A DNA stretch of 64,000 bases from Vicugna vicugna (taxonomy: Eukaryota), in the NCBI GenBank assembly GCA_013265495.1, contig MU058669.1, positions 62,001 to 126,000 on the forward strand. Reading direction: 5' to 3'. A model generated the notes under the pieces. The model saw only the letters and a list, made by a program, of their open reading frames with translations, was not told the origin of the DNA and did not search any database. Both the position numbers and the translations under genes were made by a program. Every line of letters starts with the position of its first letter. The first letter of the stretch is position 1. Below, piece after piece: positions 24,001-36,247 of the stretch.

Positions 24001-24509
24001 CCTCGGCTGTGTGGCCCTGGGAAGGAGTAGCCTGGCTCTGAGCTTCCGTTACTGTGTCTGTTATAATAATATTCAGCTGAGGAATAAGAGAGCCGATGTG
24101 CCTTCCCAGTGCCTAAGGGTTGCAGTTATCACAGGAAAGGCCTTACGGGTGAGTCACAGCTGTGTAGACCTTTCCAGAAGGTCTGCCTTAGCATCCAGGC
24201 AGAGAAACTAGCTCAGGCAGGGAAGGAAGACTGTGGGGGTCTCTTTGCAGCAGACATGAACTGGGGAGCCAGGTCTTTCCTGGTCTGAGCACAGATCCAT
24301 GTTTGCCTGTGTCTGAGGGAGTCAGCCCCCTGAACCTGGGGGTTTGCATGGACAAAATGGTACCCCTGGCTTCTCACAAAGGGGTGATCTAAGGGGGTGC
24401 TATCGAGAGGGTCTAGGTTTGAATTTGCCAAAAAGATCCCTCATTTCAAACCCTCAACCCACTTCTAGATCAGGGCAATGCTCTTGTGCCATCACAGACT
24501 GTCCTGTCT

Positions 24510-24613
24510 CCTCCCCTCTTCCTTCTCCCCTCCCTTCCTCTCTCTTCCTTCCTGTTCCTTTCTTCTTTTGCCTCCTTCTTTCCTCCTTTTCCTTTTCTTC
24601 CTTCCTTCCTTCC
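24510..24613. repeat. Polypyrimidine (CT-rich) low-complexity tract
   Basis: About 100 bp almost entirely C/T, ending in (TTCC)n. Confidence 0.9.
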
Positions 24614-24711
24614 TAGCTTACTCAGTAATTGATTATCTCATCCACTTACTCACTACATTTTGGATGCTGTGCTAGGACTTTTCACCCATCACTTCTTTGC
24701 CTGTAAACAAG

Positions 24712-25125
24712 TGTGTTGAGCTTCTAGTTACAAAAATCTGACTTAAGTTTTTAATTTCTCATATAATGAGACATCCAGAGCCAGGCAGTCTATGACTGGG
24801 ATGGCTATTCTATGACATCATTAAGAACCCAAGCTCCTTCTGCTCTGCCATCTTTAGTGTGTGGCTTCCATTCTTGACGTCACCCCCATGGTCCAAGATG
24901 GATGCTGAAGCTCCAGCCATCACATCTGAATTCTAGAGTTCTATATAAGAAGGGGAAGGATAAAAGGCATACTTGTCATCCTAGTCAGTTGTCTTTCAAG
25001 AGACTCCTGGAAGAACCACCTAATGACTTTTGCTTAGACCTTAGTGGTCTCTCTATCTGCAGAAGAGCCTGGGAAATTCAGTTTTTCAACTGGACACATT
25101 GAAAATTGGAATTTTGTTATTAAGG
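24712..25125 (-). mobile_element. Old MaLR LTR (MLT1K/L-like)
   Basis: 'gctctgccatctttagtgtgtggc...catggtccaagatggatgctgaagctccagccatcacatctgaattc'. Confidence 0.6.
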
Positions 25126-25444
25126 AAGAAGGAAGAACAGATAATGGAGGTAGGACACTAACAGTGTGTTCACCATTTGCAATAACCTTTGCCTCCAATG
25201 GCCTTGGGAACGCCTTGTCTCCTATACCCTCCCTGGGGGGTGGACAGATTTCCCCATAAGCATGGCCAGAGCCTCCCCTTCTCTTGCATCCTCTTCCCAA
25301 GCATCTCCATGTTGTGCTCTAGAGGGGAAAACCACAACTGTCAGATTCCTGCTAGAACAGTTAAAAGACACTTAAAAATTGTGAATTAAAAATCACTTTT
25401 ATTTGCTCTGCAATGATGTAAATGTTGTAACATTTGCATCGAGA

Positions 25445-26134
25445 ACGAAAAGCAACAACAAAGGCAAAAATACACAAGTGGGACTATGTCAAACCAAAAA
25501 GCTTCTTCTGCACAGCAAAGGGAACCATCTACAAAATAAAAGACAACCTATATAAAATATTTGTATATCTTATATCCAATAAGGAGTTACTATCCACAGT
25601 GTAGAGAGAACTCAAGCAACTCAATATCAACAAACAAACAAATAAGCCAAAAATCCCAAATAACCTGATTTTAAAATGGGCAGAGATCCTAAAGAGACAT
25701 TTTTCCAGAGAAGACATACAGATGGCTAACAATCACACGAAAAAGATGCTCAACATCACTAACCATCAGGGAAATGCAAATCAAAACCACAATGAGATAT
25801 CACCTCCCATTCGTGAGAAGAACTATCATAAAAAAGTCTACACAACAAGTGTTGGCAAGAATGTGCAGAAAAGGAAACTTTTGTGCACTGTTGGTGGGAC
25901 TGTCAGTTGGTGCAGCCACTATAGAAAACAGTATGCAAGTTCCTCAAAAAATTAAAAACAGAACTACCAAACAATCCAGCAATTCCATTTTTGGGTATTT
26001 TTCCAAAGGAAATAAAAACACTAATTCAGAAAGATATATGCACCCCTATGTTCACTTCAGCATTATTTTTGGTAGCCATGATATGGAAGCAACTTAAATG
26101 TTCATCAATAGATGAATGGATAAAGGAGATGTGG

Positions 26135-26167
<33 letters not shown>

Positions 26168-26541
26168 GGAATATTACTCAGCCATAAAAAAGGAATGAAA
26201 TCTTGCCATTTGATACAACATGGATGGACCTGGAGGGTGTTATGCTAAGTGAAATAAGTCAGACAGAGAAAGACATAGAATGTATGATTTCATCTATATG
26301 TGGAATCTAAAAAAAAACTAATGAACAAAAAGAACAAAAAAAGAACAGATTCATAGATACAAGAAACAAACAGGTAGTTATCAGAGGGAAGGGTAGGTTG
26401 GGGGATGAGTGAATTATGTGAGGAAGATTAAGAGGCACAAACTTTCAGTTACAAAATAAATGAGCCATGGGGATGAAATTTACAGCACAGGGAATGCAGT
26501 CAATTATAATACTTTTGTATAGTGACAGATGGTTACTAGAC
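25445..26541 (+). mobile_element. L1 (L1MA-like) ORF2 3' part and 3' UTR
   Basis: Frameshifted ORF2 peptides [12 protein letters not shown] (25774) and CTPMFTSALF..WKQLKCSSIDEWIK (25991); 3' UTR motifs 'gctaagtgaaataagtcagacagagaaagac'. Confidence 0.9.
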
Positions 26542-27794
26542 ATTATTTTTTTAGAAAGAAAAACTATGCCACAGTTGCTTCCCCAAAATTTGTTATGAAA
26601 CTGACTTGAATTTAACTAATTTCAACAAATATTAATTCAGTGCCTTAGTGCTCTAGGCCAGGTACAGTGCTAAATGCTTTGTCATTATTAACAATAACAC
26701 CAATTATCTCTCTCTCTCTCCTTTTCTCTCTTTTTTGGTCGTTGGAGTCTTAGAGACCAGAGAGGTAAGTAACTGACGCAAGGTCACACAGGTAGCAAGC
26801 AGTAGAACTGAGTTTTAAACCAAGCAATGTTGGCTGCAGAGTTATCCTTTTCCCTTCTTCCCACGATGCCTTTAGAAGCAGAGAAAAATGGCATCCTCAG
26901 TTGGAAGGAATTTATGGGGATGATTTACGGAGAAGGACTCCCCCAAGGCCAGGATGAAAGCTTAGTGAAAGACTGTACCTTTATTAGGATAACTGGAATA
27001 AATTTTGCTTCCCAAGATCATATGAAATGGGGCTTAAACAAAGGAGAAAGAGATGGGACAGGTGAAATACTGACCTCATTTTATTCTAAAGTGACCACCT
27101 CCATAAATATGTCTATTTGTTTTATTCAGGGTCACATATGAGCTGGGAGTTGAATAGCGGGTCAGAATATGGAGCTTTACAATGAAATTTACTCTATGGA
27201 TTAGCCACATTCTTTGAGTTGTAAAAGACAGGAACCTAACCCTGATGGACTTGAGCAAAAATTACTTACTGGCTTAGTTAACTGAAAAGTTGAGGAGGCA
27301 CAGTTTCAGGCACAGCTGGATCCAGAGACCCAGCAAACTGAGTACCATCAATACACCAGGCTCCAAGGCAGGTTCTTTGTATGGGATCCTCGTAACATTC
27401 TTCCAAGGAAGCATCATCACGTTCCCATCTTACAGCTAAAGAGGCTGAGGCTCAGGAAGGCTAAGTGACTTTCCCAAGGTTGATGCAACTAGCAAGTGGC
27501 AGAACCAAAATATGAAACCATTTCTGCCTGGAATTTATCTAATTCCGAGGCTGGACCTCTTGCCATTAGGCAAATACTAGCTGTGAGTCCCTGTGACTAT
27601 GCTAGAGGCACTACAAGAGTCCATGGCAAGACTTGCTCAATAGATTTACACGCTGACCCCAAGGAGCTTCCTCCTACTCCAGCTTCCTTGCCCCTGGGCC
27701 GTGGAAAGCACAGGCATTCTAACACCAGTCATTTCCTAACTTCTACTAACCACAGACCTTCTCATTGTGCTTTAGGGTTATTATGTTCTGGGGG

Positions 27795-28412
27795 CTGAAA
27801 CCTTCTCACATTGCTGGTGGGATTGTAAACTGGAGCAGCCCCTGTGGAAAACATGTGGGCTCCTCAAAAAACTAATCATAGTATTACCATATGAGACAGC
27901 AATTCCATTTTGGGAGGGTAGATATACTAAAAAACTGAAAGCAGGAATTCAAACAGGTATTTGTACACCCATGTTCACAGCTGCACTATTTACAGTTGCC
28001 AAAAAGCAGAAGCAACTCAAATGTCCATCCAGGGATGAATGGATAAGTAGTAAGCGGTATAGCCGTACAATGGAATAGTTTTCAGCAATAAAAAGAAATT
28101 TATACGGATGCATGCCACAACATGGAAGAACCTTGAAAACACAGATAAGTGAAAGAAGACACAAAAGATCATTTTTGGGGTGCAGTTCCATTTACATGAA
28201 AGGTCTGAAACAGGCAAATCCATAAAGACGCAAAGTAGCTTAGTGGTTGTCAGGGGCTGGGAGGTGTTGGGAGAAATGGGTACAGGACCACTGAAGTGCT
28301 AAAAATGTTCTAGAATTAGATAGCATTGATGGTTGCACAACTCTCTGAATATACTAAAATCCACTGAATTGTACACTTTAGAAGGCTATGTGAATTATAG
28401 TCAATAAATCTA
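27795..28412 (+). mobile_element. L1 (L1MB/MC-like) 3' end
   Basis: 'cacattgctggtgggattgtaaac...cccatgttcacagctgcactatt...ccactgaattgtacactttag...gtcaataaat'. Confidence 0.85.
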
Positions 28413-29196
28413 TAGTTTCCTTCCTTCCTTCCTTTTCTTTCTTTTTTTTAATGTCTGTGAGCCATTAAGAGAATAGAGTCTGGAATTCAAGGGTAGAACA
28501 GAGATTGGGAGTTCTTAACCTGGAGGTCAGAGGCCTCTGGGGATCCAGGAAGAGGCTCCAGGGAGCCCTGTCGTGCCCTGCTGTTTTTGTCTCAGTAACA
28601 TCCTAAGAATAATCATATTTAAGACTCTGTAATAATAACTGTAACTCCCATTTTCTAAGCATTTCACGGGTGCCAGGCATGGTGGTACCGGGCTTCGTAT
28701 ATTATCTTCGTTTCATTCTCATTTATCCCAGAGGCGAGGAAGTACTATCAGTAGTCACATTTCGCAGAGGAAGTCACTGAGGCCGAAAGTCCACCTGACA
28801 CCCACCCAGTCAGAGCTGAGCTAGGACTCAAACATTGGCGGTCTAAGTTTCGGTGGCGGTGTGGGCAGTGTGTGATCGGAAGGTGCTCGGCCCCATTTGA
28901 ATTGCGCAGATTAGTCGGAGGAGAGCGGTAGTGGGGAGCAGAGGGTGGGGAAATACTCCCGCCCTAGTGAGAAGGAAGGCGGAGTGGGGAGTGGGATTGG
29001 TTGGGGGAAATTTACCACTGGCGCATTGGTATAAAGTCCTTGCTCCGGCTTGCCAGTCACTGGGGCCCCTCCGGGCTCCGTCCCCAGACTGCCTTAACAC
29101 GGCGGGGCAAAGCTCTCAGTACGCGAGGCGGAGGAGGGAAGCCGGGGGGCTGCGAGGGAAACCAGCTGCGCTCGCCGCGCACACGTGTGCGCCGGA

Positions 29197-29230
29197 GTGT
29201 GTGTGTGTGTGTGTGTGCGCGCGCGCGCGT
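29197..29230. repeat. (GT)10(GC)6GT alternating purine-pyrimidine tract
   Basis: Directly visible 34-bp tract. Confidence 0.95.
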
Positions 29231-30164
29231 TGTGTGTTTAACTCGATCGTGGGTTCGCCTACTTCTGTGACCCTGCGTGTGTCGTGAGAGGCGTCTCCGA
29301 GCGTGCTGGAGATGGGGGAGGTTAAATTATCGAGATGGTGTATGTGCGGTGCAGAGTGTGACTGGGATCCGGCGCGCCTGTGTGTGTTGTGAGTCTAGTT
29401 CTAGTTATTAACTCTACAGGTGGTTGTGAGAGCTGGCTGTGCGCCAGTCCCGTGCGGGGTGCCCGGCATACAGGATGACGAAGCAGCTGGGGAGCTTGTC
29501 CTCCCTGCGGGAGCTGGCACCACGGGGAGGGGGAGTGTTGCTAGGAGAAACGGAACAAATCAAATCAGGAAAAAAAAAACAACTTCCTGGGTGCGGGTGT
29601 CACAGTCTGCGAGATCATTCGCGCGGGTATGTGTGTCGCATGTGGATATGTGTGCGCACGCCTGTGATAGGTGAAGAGACGGTTCTTGAGCGACTGCTGT
29701 CCGGGTTCTGATGGTGCCATGGAGTCAGGACAAGAAACTGCAGATCTTGTCCTGGGGAGGGGAGAGGCCCAACCTTGAACCCGTCTTAAACCCCGGAGGA
29801 CAGGGTCCTGCTTCCAGCGGCCACTCGCCCTGCAACCGCTCCTCCACGGGGGACAGGGTGTGACCATCTCTACGCAGCACCCCTACTCCGCTTTGGGGGA
29901 CCTGCCTTCTGAGCTCAGGTTGAGCCCGTTCCCCAAGGAAAGCATTTCCCCCTCTGCCCCCCAAAACTCTCTGAAGGCCCCAAACTAAGCTGGTGTAGGG
30001 GCCGAGCGACACCATCACCCGCATTTAACAGAAGAGGACGGTGAGGCCCACAGAGAGGCGGGGCCTGTCCTGCGTCACGCAGGCAGTCAGGGCAGATCTG
30101 GGACTTGCACTCCTGGCTCCTGCGTCCTGTACTCTGGGACAGCAGGGTGCGCCATTCTGCTCTT

Positions 30165-30183
30165 TGGCCACTAGGTGGCGATA
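30165..30183 (+). promoter_or_regulatory. CTCF motif
   Basis: TGGCCACTAGGTGGCGATA, near-perfect consensus at the CpG island edge. Confidence 0.75.
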
Positions 30184-30869
30184 GAGGCAAGGGCTGGGCA
30201 AGGGGCCCGCAAGCCTGCGGGCTTTGGGCTCTGGGGAAAGAATGGATAAAATATCTAAGACAGTCCTGGGGCGCTTGTTGTGTTTCAGACGCTGTGCTGG
30301 GTCCCTTCGCGCATTAGCTTGCTTCACCTTCCTGTTATCTTGTTTCCTATCGCTTTTTACAGATGAGGAAACTGAGGCTCAGAGAGTCCTTTTAAGTACC
30401 TTTTCTATGGTCACTCAGCTTTATGTCTCTCCCCTCGCACCCTCACCCCCAGCCCGCCCACCTCTTCCCCATCGCCCAGATGTACCTGTGCACCCTGTTC
30501 CCAACAGCTCCTCTGGGAAGACTTCCCTGATCACTGAGACCCAAGAATGCCTCCACTCCTACCTGCTCCGGGGGAGTGGGGGGGCGGTCCAGGCGCCATC
30601 TTTGTAACAAGCTCCCGGCACCCTAACACAAGGCCAGGATGGCCCCACCTCCTCCATGCCAGTCCCTAGAGTTTGCCCTGAAACAAGCAGCTGTCACTTG
30701 CCTTTTCAAAGACACCCACCCAGTCTGCTCTACCTCAATGAGAAACACATGGACTCCTAAGAGCAGGGATGCGGGCTTAGCTGCCCTCCATCTCCCCACC
30801 CACCCCCTCCCCAGAGCCCAGGATGGTGGCTTGACAGGTCCACAGCCTCATCCTTCCAGCCTGCAGATA

Positions 30870-31240
30870 GCTCCTGAGTGCCCACCTGGTGCCAGGCCCT
30901 GTCCTAAGCACTGAGGAGGGAAAGTCAGCTCCCTTCCTCTTGGCAGAGGCTATGATGCAAATTCCAGTCCCTAACTGAAAAATAAAACAGATATGCTAGT
31001 GTGACAGTGAGGTGGGAAGGGGCTCCCTTAGAAAGGTAGCCAGGGACTGCCTCGCTGGGAAGTGGCTTTTGAGAAGAGACTTGGAGGAGGAGATTTTTGA
31101 AGATCTCAGAAGGGGGTTTCAGACACAGGAAGAGCCAGTGCAAAGGTCCCAGGGTGAGAGGTATGGCCAGAGCATCCCAGAGCATGCGGGCTGAATTCAG
31201 AGAGGTGGGCAGGGCCTTGTGGGTGGCACGGTTTGGAATT
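30870..31240 (-). mobile_element. L2 fragment
   Basis: 'gtgccaggccctgtcctaagcactgagg...gaagagccagtgcaaaggtcccagggtgag'. Confidence 0.65.
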
Positions 31241-33589
31241 TTTTCTAGGAGAAGAGGATGTAAAGTACACTGCCTGGAGGGTCCCCAGCAGGAGAGTGAG
31301 GTGCTCCGTTTAGTGTTAATCAGTCTGGCTGCTGGTGGTTCTGTTGAAACCAACCTCCCCCCTGCTCCTCTGAAGCTGAGAACCCTGGGGCACAGCTGGT
31401 AGCCAGGGTGCCTGACCCAGGCCAGACTGGGGTCTGCAGAGTTAATCCTCTGGGCCCCGAGCCGCCTCTGATTAGTAGGCCCTGCCACTCCTGGCTGATA
31501 AACCCCGGGCAGGCCTTCTGGTTGGGAGGAAAGTGGGGAAATCAAAGCAGGCAGAGGAGGGGCGCTCCAGGAGCACCTTAGGAGGGCTTGCCTCTCCCCT
31601 TTCTAAGGTGGTGAGCTTCCTGGGTGAGGGCCCGTGCCTTTGACACTTTCACAGCCCTGTCTCGGTCAGGGCCCAGTGTGGATTTTACTGGGCCCTGCTT
31701 AAAGAAGAGAAAGCAAAATTAGGTGCAGGGCTTCAGAAGGGGCTGTGGGCAGGTGAGGGGCCCTGGGTGTCAGCCTCTTTAGCTGCGTGGTTAGCACGGT
31801 CCTCTGACCGTCCATCTTACAGATGGGGAAGCTGAGGCTCCAGAGCCTGAAAGTTATAGAGGGAGCAGAAGCCTCCGCGGCAGGTTCCCGACTCTCGGTC
31901 AGTTCTCTCCACCTCCCAACCTACCCCAGATACATCTGCTCTTAGTGCTCGCCTCCGGCCACAAGGAGGGGTAGCTCAGGGCACCATGGAGGTGGGTGGG
32001 CAGTGGCTTCCTGGGGAGGGAAAGGGCTCATCTTGGGGCAGTATGACTATTGGGGGCAGGGGCCCCTGTGGGCCAGGACTCCCGTCTGCCTCTCAGATAT
32101 TCCAAACCTGCACATTCTGGGTTCAGGGGCCCAAGGACCTGGCTGAGGATCAGAATCCCCAGTAATGAGTTTAAGTGCAGTTGCTGGGCCTGGTGCAAAC
32201 CTGCAGAATCAGAGCCCCAGGGCCAGGCCCAGGACTGTGTACAGTGGACACACTTGCCAGGTTCTTCTCTGGCACAGCCAGCGCCGGGGACCACTGATTT
32301 GGTCATCAGCCCTGAGTCCTACCTGTGCCTACCAGCCCTGAGCCTCACAGGGGTGATGAATGACAACGGGGGCGAGTGTGAGAGAGTGTGAGAGTGTGTA
32401 TGTGTGTGTGTGTGTGTGTCCAGAGGAGGAGGCTCTGGCCAGGAGACTGTGGGACGAGGAGGACCAGGCCCGGGGCTCTGAGGCGATGGACGTTTTGCCT
32501 GGACTTGAATCCTGCTCTGACACTCAGAGTGGAATGATGTCAGGCTTTCCCTCTGCTTACCTCTAGAAGGTTCATGAGACCCAGCACAGGGATGATTGGG
32601 AAAACAATCATTATCCTTCTGGCCACCCTTTAGAGAACGTGTGCTGTGTGCCAACTTGGTCCCATGGGGTAGGTGAGAGACACTGTGTCCTCAAAGGATA
32701 GATGAGGAAGCTGGGGTCCTGAGAGGGTAGTGAGCTTGTCTGAGATCACCCAGCTAGTAACCAGCAAGACTAGAATTTGAACCCAGGACCATCTGATTCC
32801 ACAGCATGTATTTTTAGGCCATTCTGTCCATTTTGCTCCCTTAACTTTCTGTCTTACTCTCCCTCGGTGACATGCACTGAACACCTCCTATGTGGCAGCT
32901 GGAAGGGGAGCCTGGCCCCTTCTTCTCCACCCTGTCGCTGGGAGGACCGAATCAGGTGTGGTGCATGGCTGCGCACAGGAGACTATAAAGTGCCCTCCAC
33001 CACGGAGAGCTCTTGTTAACCGTGCAGCTTCCCTTCCCAGCCTGGGGAGGGCTGTCCCTGGCAGAGAGGGTCTCAAAGCTCAGGGGCCTCAGGGTTACCT
33101 GGAAATCTTGTTAAAATTCATATTACCCAGCCTCATCCCTAGTGGTTCTGATCCAGTCTGTCAGGGGAGGGGCTGGGACTGTGCATTTTTGACAGTGGCC
33201 CAGGTTCTCTGTGGCAGGTGGTTTGAACATCACACTTAAAGATACACTGTGGTAGACTGATGTCAGGAGAAAGGCAGAGAAGCTGGTGGACTAAATCTCA
33301 GATAATGAGAGTCAAGAATTTCTTCTCATAGAAATGTGCAAACCCACCTACATGTAAGATTTTGCACCGTTTCAGGGGGCTCCTGGATTCTGGGCCCCAC
33401 CCAATGTAAGAAGCACCCACTGCTCTAAATGCCTTGGGGCTCAGGTCACCCCTGCCATGCGGCCTCCCCAGATCTCCCCACAGAGTCGCTTCTCCTCTGT
33501 GCTCTCACAACACATGATGAGGACATAACTCTATCGGGGTAGCTGCTCACCTGTTTGCTTCTGCTCCTGGACTGTGGGCTTGTGGGCCT

Positions 33590-33915
33590 CATTTTCCTCC
33601 TCCGCCTGGGCATATGGTAAGATCACACTTCCCTCTGAGGTTAGGCAGAACCACGTGATTTACTGTAGCCAATGAAATGCTGGGAACACAAGCTTTACAA
33701 GCGAGTGTGGGATTTGCCACGTTCTCTTCATCTTGCTGGTGATCTTGCAAATGCACGGCAAGGTGGAGGGTCCACCAGACGCTGTCCTTGAGTGACTGGA
33801 TCAACGGAAGCTCCTGCTCACCCGCACTGGACATGCAGGATGAGTGCAGACCTAGCCCTCGGTGCCCTGAGTGCTGGGACGCTTGTTACTGCAGCCTAAC
33901 CTGCCTTATCCCGAT
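33590..33915 (+). mobile_element. Old MaLR LTR (MLT1I/J-like) fragment
   Basis: 'cacttccctctgaggttaggcagaaccacgtg...gccaatgaaatg...ttgttactgcagcctaacctgccttatcc'. Confidence 0.55.
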
Positions 33916-34659
33916 GGTGCTTTGAAGGTGGAGCCCCCTCCACCAAGCTTTGGGTCTGTGGTTCCTAATACAGGCTGGCATAGAGCAGGAGCTCACAACA
34001 TAGCAGCTACTGTTTATTAAGAACTTGCTAAGTGTCATGCACTGTTCACTGTTATCTAATGCTTTTCTCCCAGGCCAGCTGCGGCATGTAAAGTGGTCTA
34101 CACAGTGCCTGGCATGTAATCAGGGCTCTGGCAGCTATTATTTCTAATGATGATGCTTCTCTGCCTCAGATAGAAGTTGTTTGAAAGAACAAATGAATGG
34201 AGAAGAGTGGAGAGAACTGGCAGCTGGGATGAGGTGTCTAGAGACACAGTAGGGGCCAAAAAGCAAACTTGGCTCTTTATTTCTGTGTCCGCAACCCACA
34301 CTGGAGGTCAGCTTCTGTCTACCGAGCCCCTGCTGTGCGCTTGGTTCTGCGCAAGAGGCATTTCATGCTGCAGCTTATTTCATCCTTACTGGACCCCATG
34401 GAAGGTGTTATTCATCCCCATTTTACAGATAAGGAAACCGAGGCTCAGGGAAGTCAAGGCTCTTTCCCAAGGAGTCCCTGTAAGAAGAGGCAGAGCCAGG
34501 GGACCAGCTGACTCGGAAGCCTGGGATACGGACCTCTCACTGCACGTGTTCCCCTTTCCTAGCGGGGAGCCAGGGGAGGCAAGAGGGTGGTTGAGCCCAG
34601 GCTTTTAGTCCAGCGCGCTTTCTCCTCTCTGGCCTTCTCTTGTCTCAGTGGAAAGGTGT

Positions 34660-35130
34660 GAAAAGCGCAGAAGCGTCCCTCCCCAAAACAAAGCCAGCCC
34701 AGGGAACCCCTTGGTGGCTGGGCCGGCCCTCCCCGCCCAGCGAGGCAGCAGCCCTCCCCGTGCCGCACAGACTCCATGTCACCACTGTGATTGGTAGACT
34801 AAACAGCTGGAGCGGAGCCGGCCTCCTCGCTCCCTCTCGCCAGGGCGGCCAGGGGCTTTCAAAGACCGGCCTCGGCCGCTATCTCCCCCATCAGCCCCAG
34901 CAGCATTTAGCCACTTTCTTCAAACACCCAGCCAGGGCATGATGGTTAATGTCAAATCTGGCAGCAAGTCATAACCTATAGGGCTGGGACATTTATCACG
35001 GCCCCGGGGCCCCTGGGGACTTCAAAGGGGCCTGAGGGGCGGGGGCAGGGAGGGGGCGCTGAGGGGGGCTTTTCCTCCACCCAGAGCCTCAGCTCCCTCC
35101 GAGCTGGAGGGATCCAGGGGCTACCTCTGT
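34660..35130. promoter_or_regulatory. GC/CpG-rich candidate enhancer
   Basis: Non-repeat CpG-retaining block with GC boxes, ATTGG, TAAACA, CAGCTG, TTCAAAG and a G-run cluster at 35036-35068. Confidence 0.45.
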
Positions 35131-36247
35131 CGGCCAGCCCAAACAATAATCACAATAATAATAAATATTAATGCCTAATAATAGCTGTTGTGTATTGAAG
35201 GATTATTACCTCCAGGGCACTTTACAGGTTTTATCTCATTCAGTGCCCAGAGCCACCCTGTGGAGCCCTTATTGTTATTCTCACCCTCGTTTTCAGAGCT
35301 CAGGAAATGGGGCACAGAGAGGTTAAGCCACTCGCCTCATGTCACATGGGCAATAAAAGAAATAGCATCGAGGACAATAATAATATTTGTCATTTACAGA
35401 GTGATTACTACGTGCCAGGTGCGTTGTGTGTTACCTCCCTTAATCCGGGAAGTACTCTCAGAGATAAGCATTAGCATTCTCATTTCAGGGGTGGGGAAAT
35501 CGTCTGAGATGTTAGGTGACACGACTGGTGAGTGGCAAAGCTGGGATTCAAAAGCAGACCTTCTGCTCCAAACCTGGCTCCCAGCCACAGAGGGGCAAGC
35601 ACAGGAGGGCCTCTGGGGGCGGGGGTCTAGGTCCCGAGGTAGCCTGTCCTCCTCATCTCTGCCTCCGCCCCCATCAGGCATTAGGAAGCCAGAGAGCAGT
35701 CCTGCAGTCAGACCCCAGGCTTGAACAGAATCCTTGGTGTATCCTGGGACCTTCTGACTGGGGAACTCGGGGCAGGTGCTTTGCCTCCATCTAGCTTCCT
35801 GCCCACCTCTCTTGGGACTGGAAGGGTCCCTTTCATGCAGGTGGTCCCCAAGGCTTTTTCTGGCTCTCGGCTGAGGGTAGGATAGTCCCAGCACATATGG
35901 GGAGAGTGGTGTGGGGCTTAACCCCTGGCTGGGGTTTAGCCCAAGTCAACCTCTGGAGTGGGGTGAGAGCTCTGCCAGGGTGGGAATTCCTTATGATGCT
36001 CCCCGGAGCCACTGCACAAATGACCAAATTCCACCAACACTATGTACACCTGCAAAGCCCAGCTGTCCCAGTGCCGCTGAGAGAGAGCAAAGTTGAATGA
36101 ATGTTCCAAGCAAGGAGCAAAAATGGTCCCCACCAACAAGGATTAAAATCCCATCACAAGGCCATGTGTGACAAGGCTTCCCGGAGGAGGTGATATGTGG
36201 CCTGAGAGGAGATGGGGATAAAGTCTACAGAGAGGGAGCAGGACCAG

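Larger units (their letters stand above)
28850..30330 (+). promoter_or_regulatory. CpG island with candidate TATA/CCAAT/Inr core promoter (predicted TSS ~29059)
   Basis: Highest CpG density in the window; ATTGG at 28996 and 29025, TATAAAG 29030-29036, Inr-like GTCACT with A at 29059 (29 bp after the TATA start), TCCCGCCC 28957, NF-kB-like GGGAAATTTACC 29005. Confidence 0.65.

Noticed and set aside
29692..29712. REST/NRSE-like site (reverse complement TCAGAACCCGGACAGCAG); also a half-site near 57960
   Set aside because: The spacer is 1 bp rather than the canonical 2 bp and there are further mismatches; too weak to call.
30925..31545. 206-aa ORF on the - strand
   Set aside because: Overlaps a decayed L2 fragment and GC-rich sequence; no protein family recognised.
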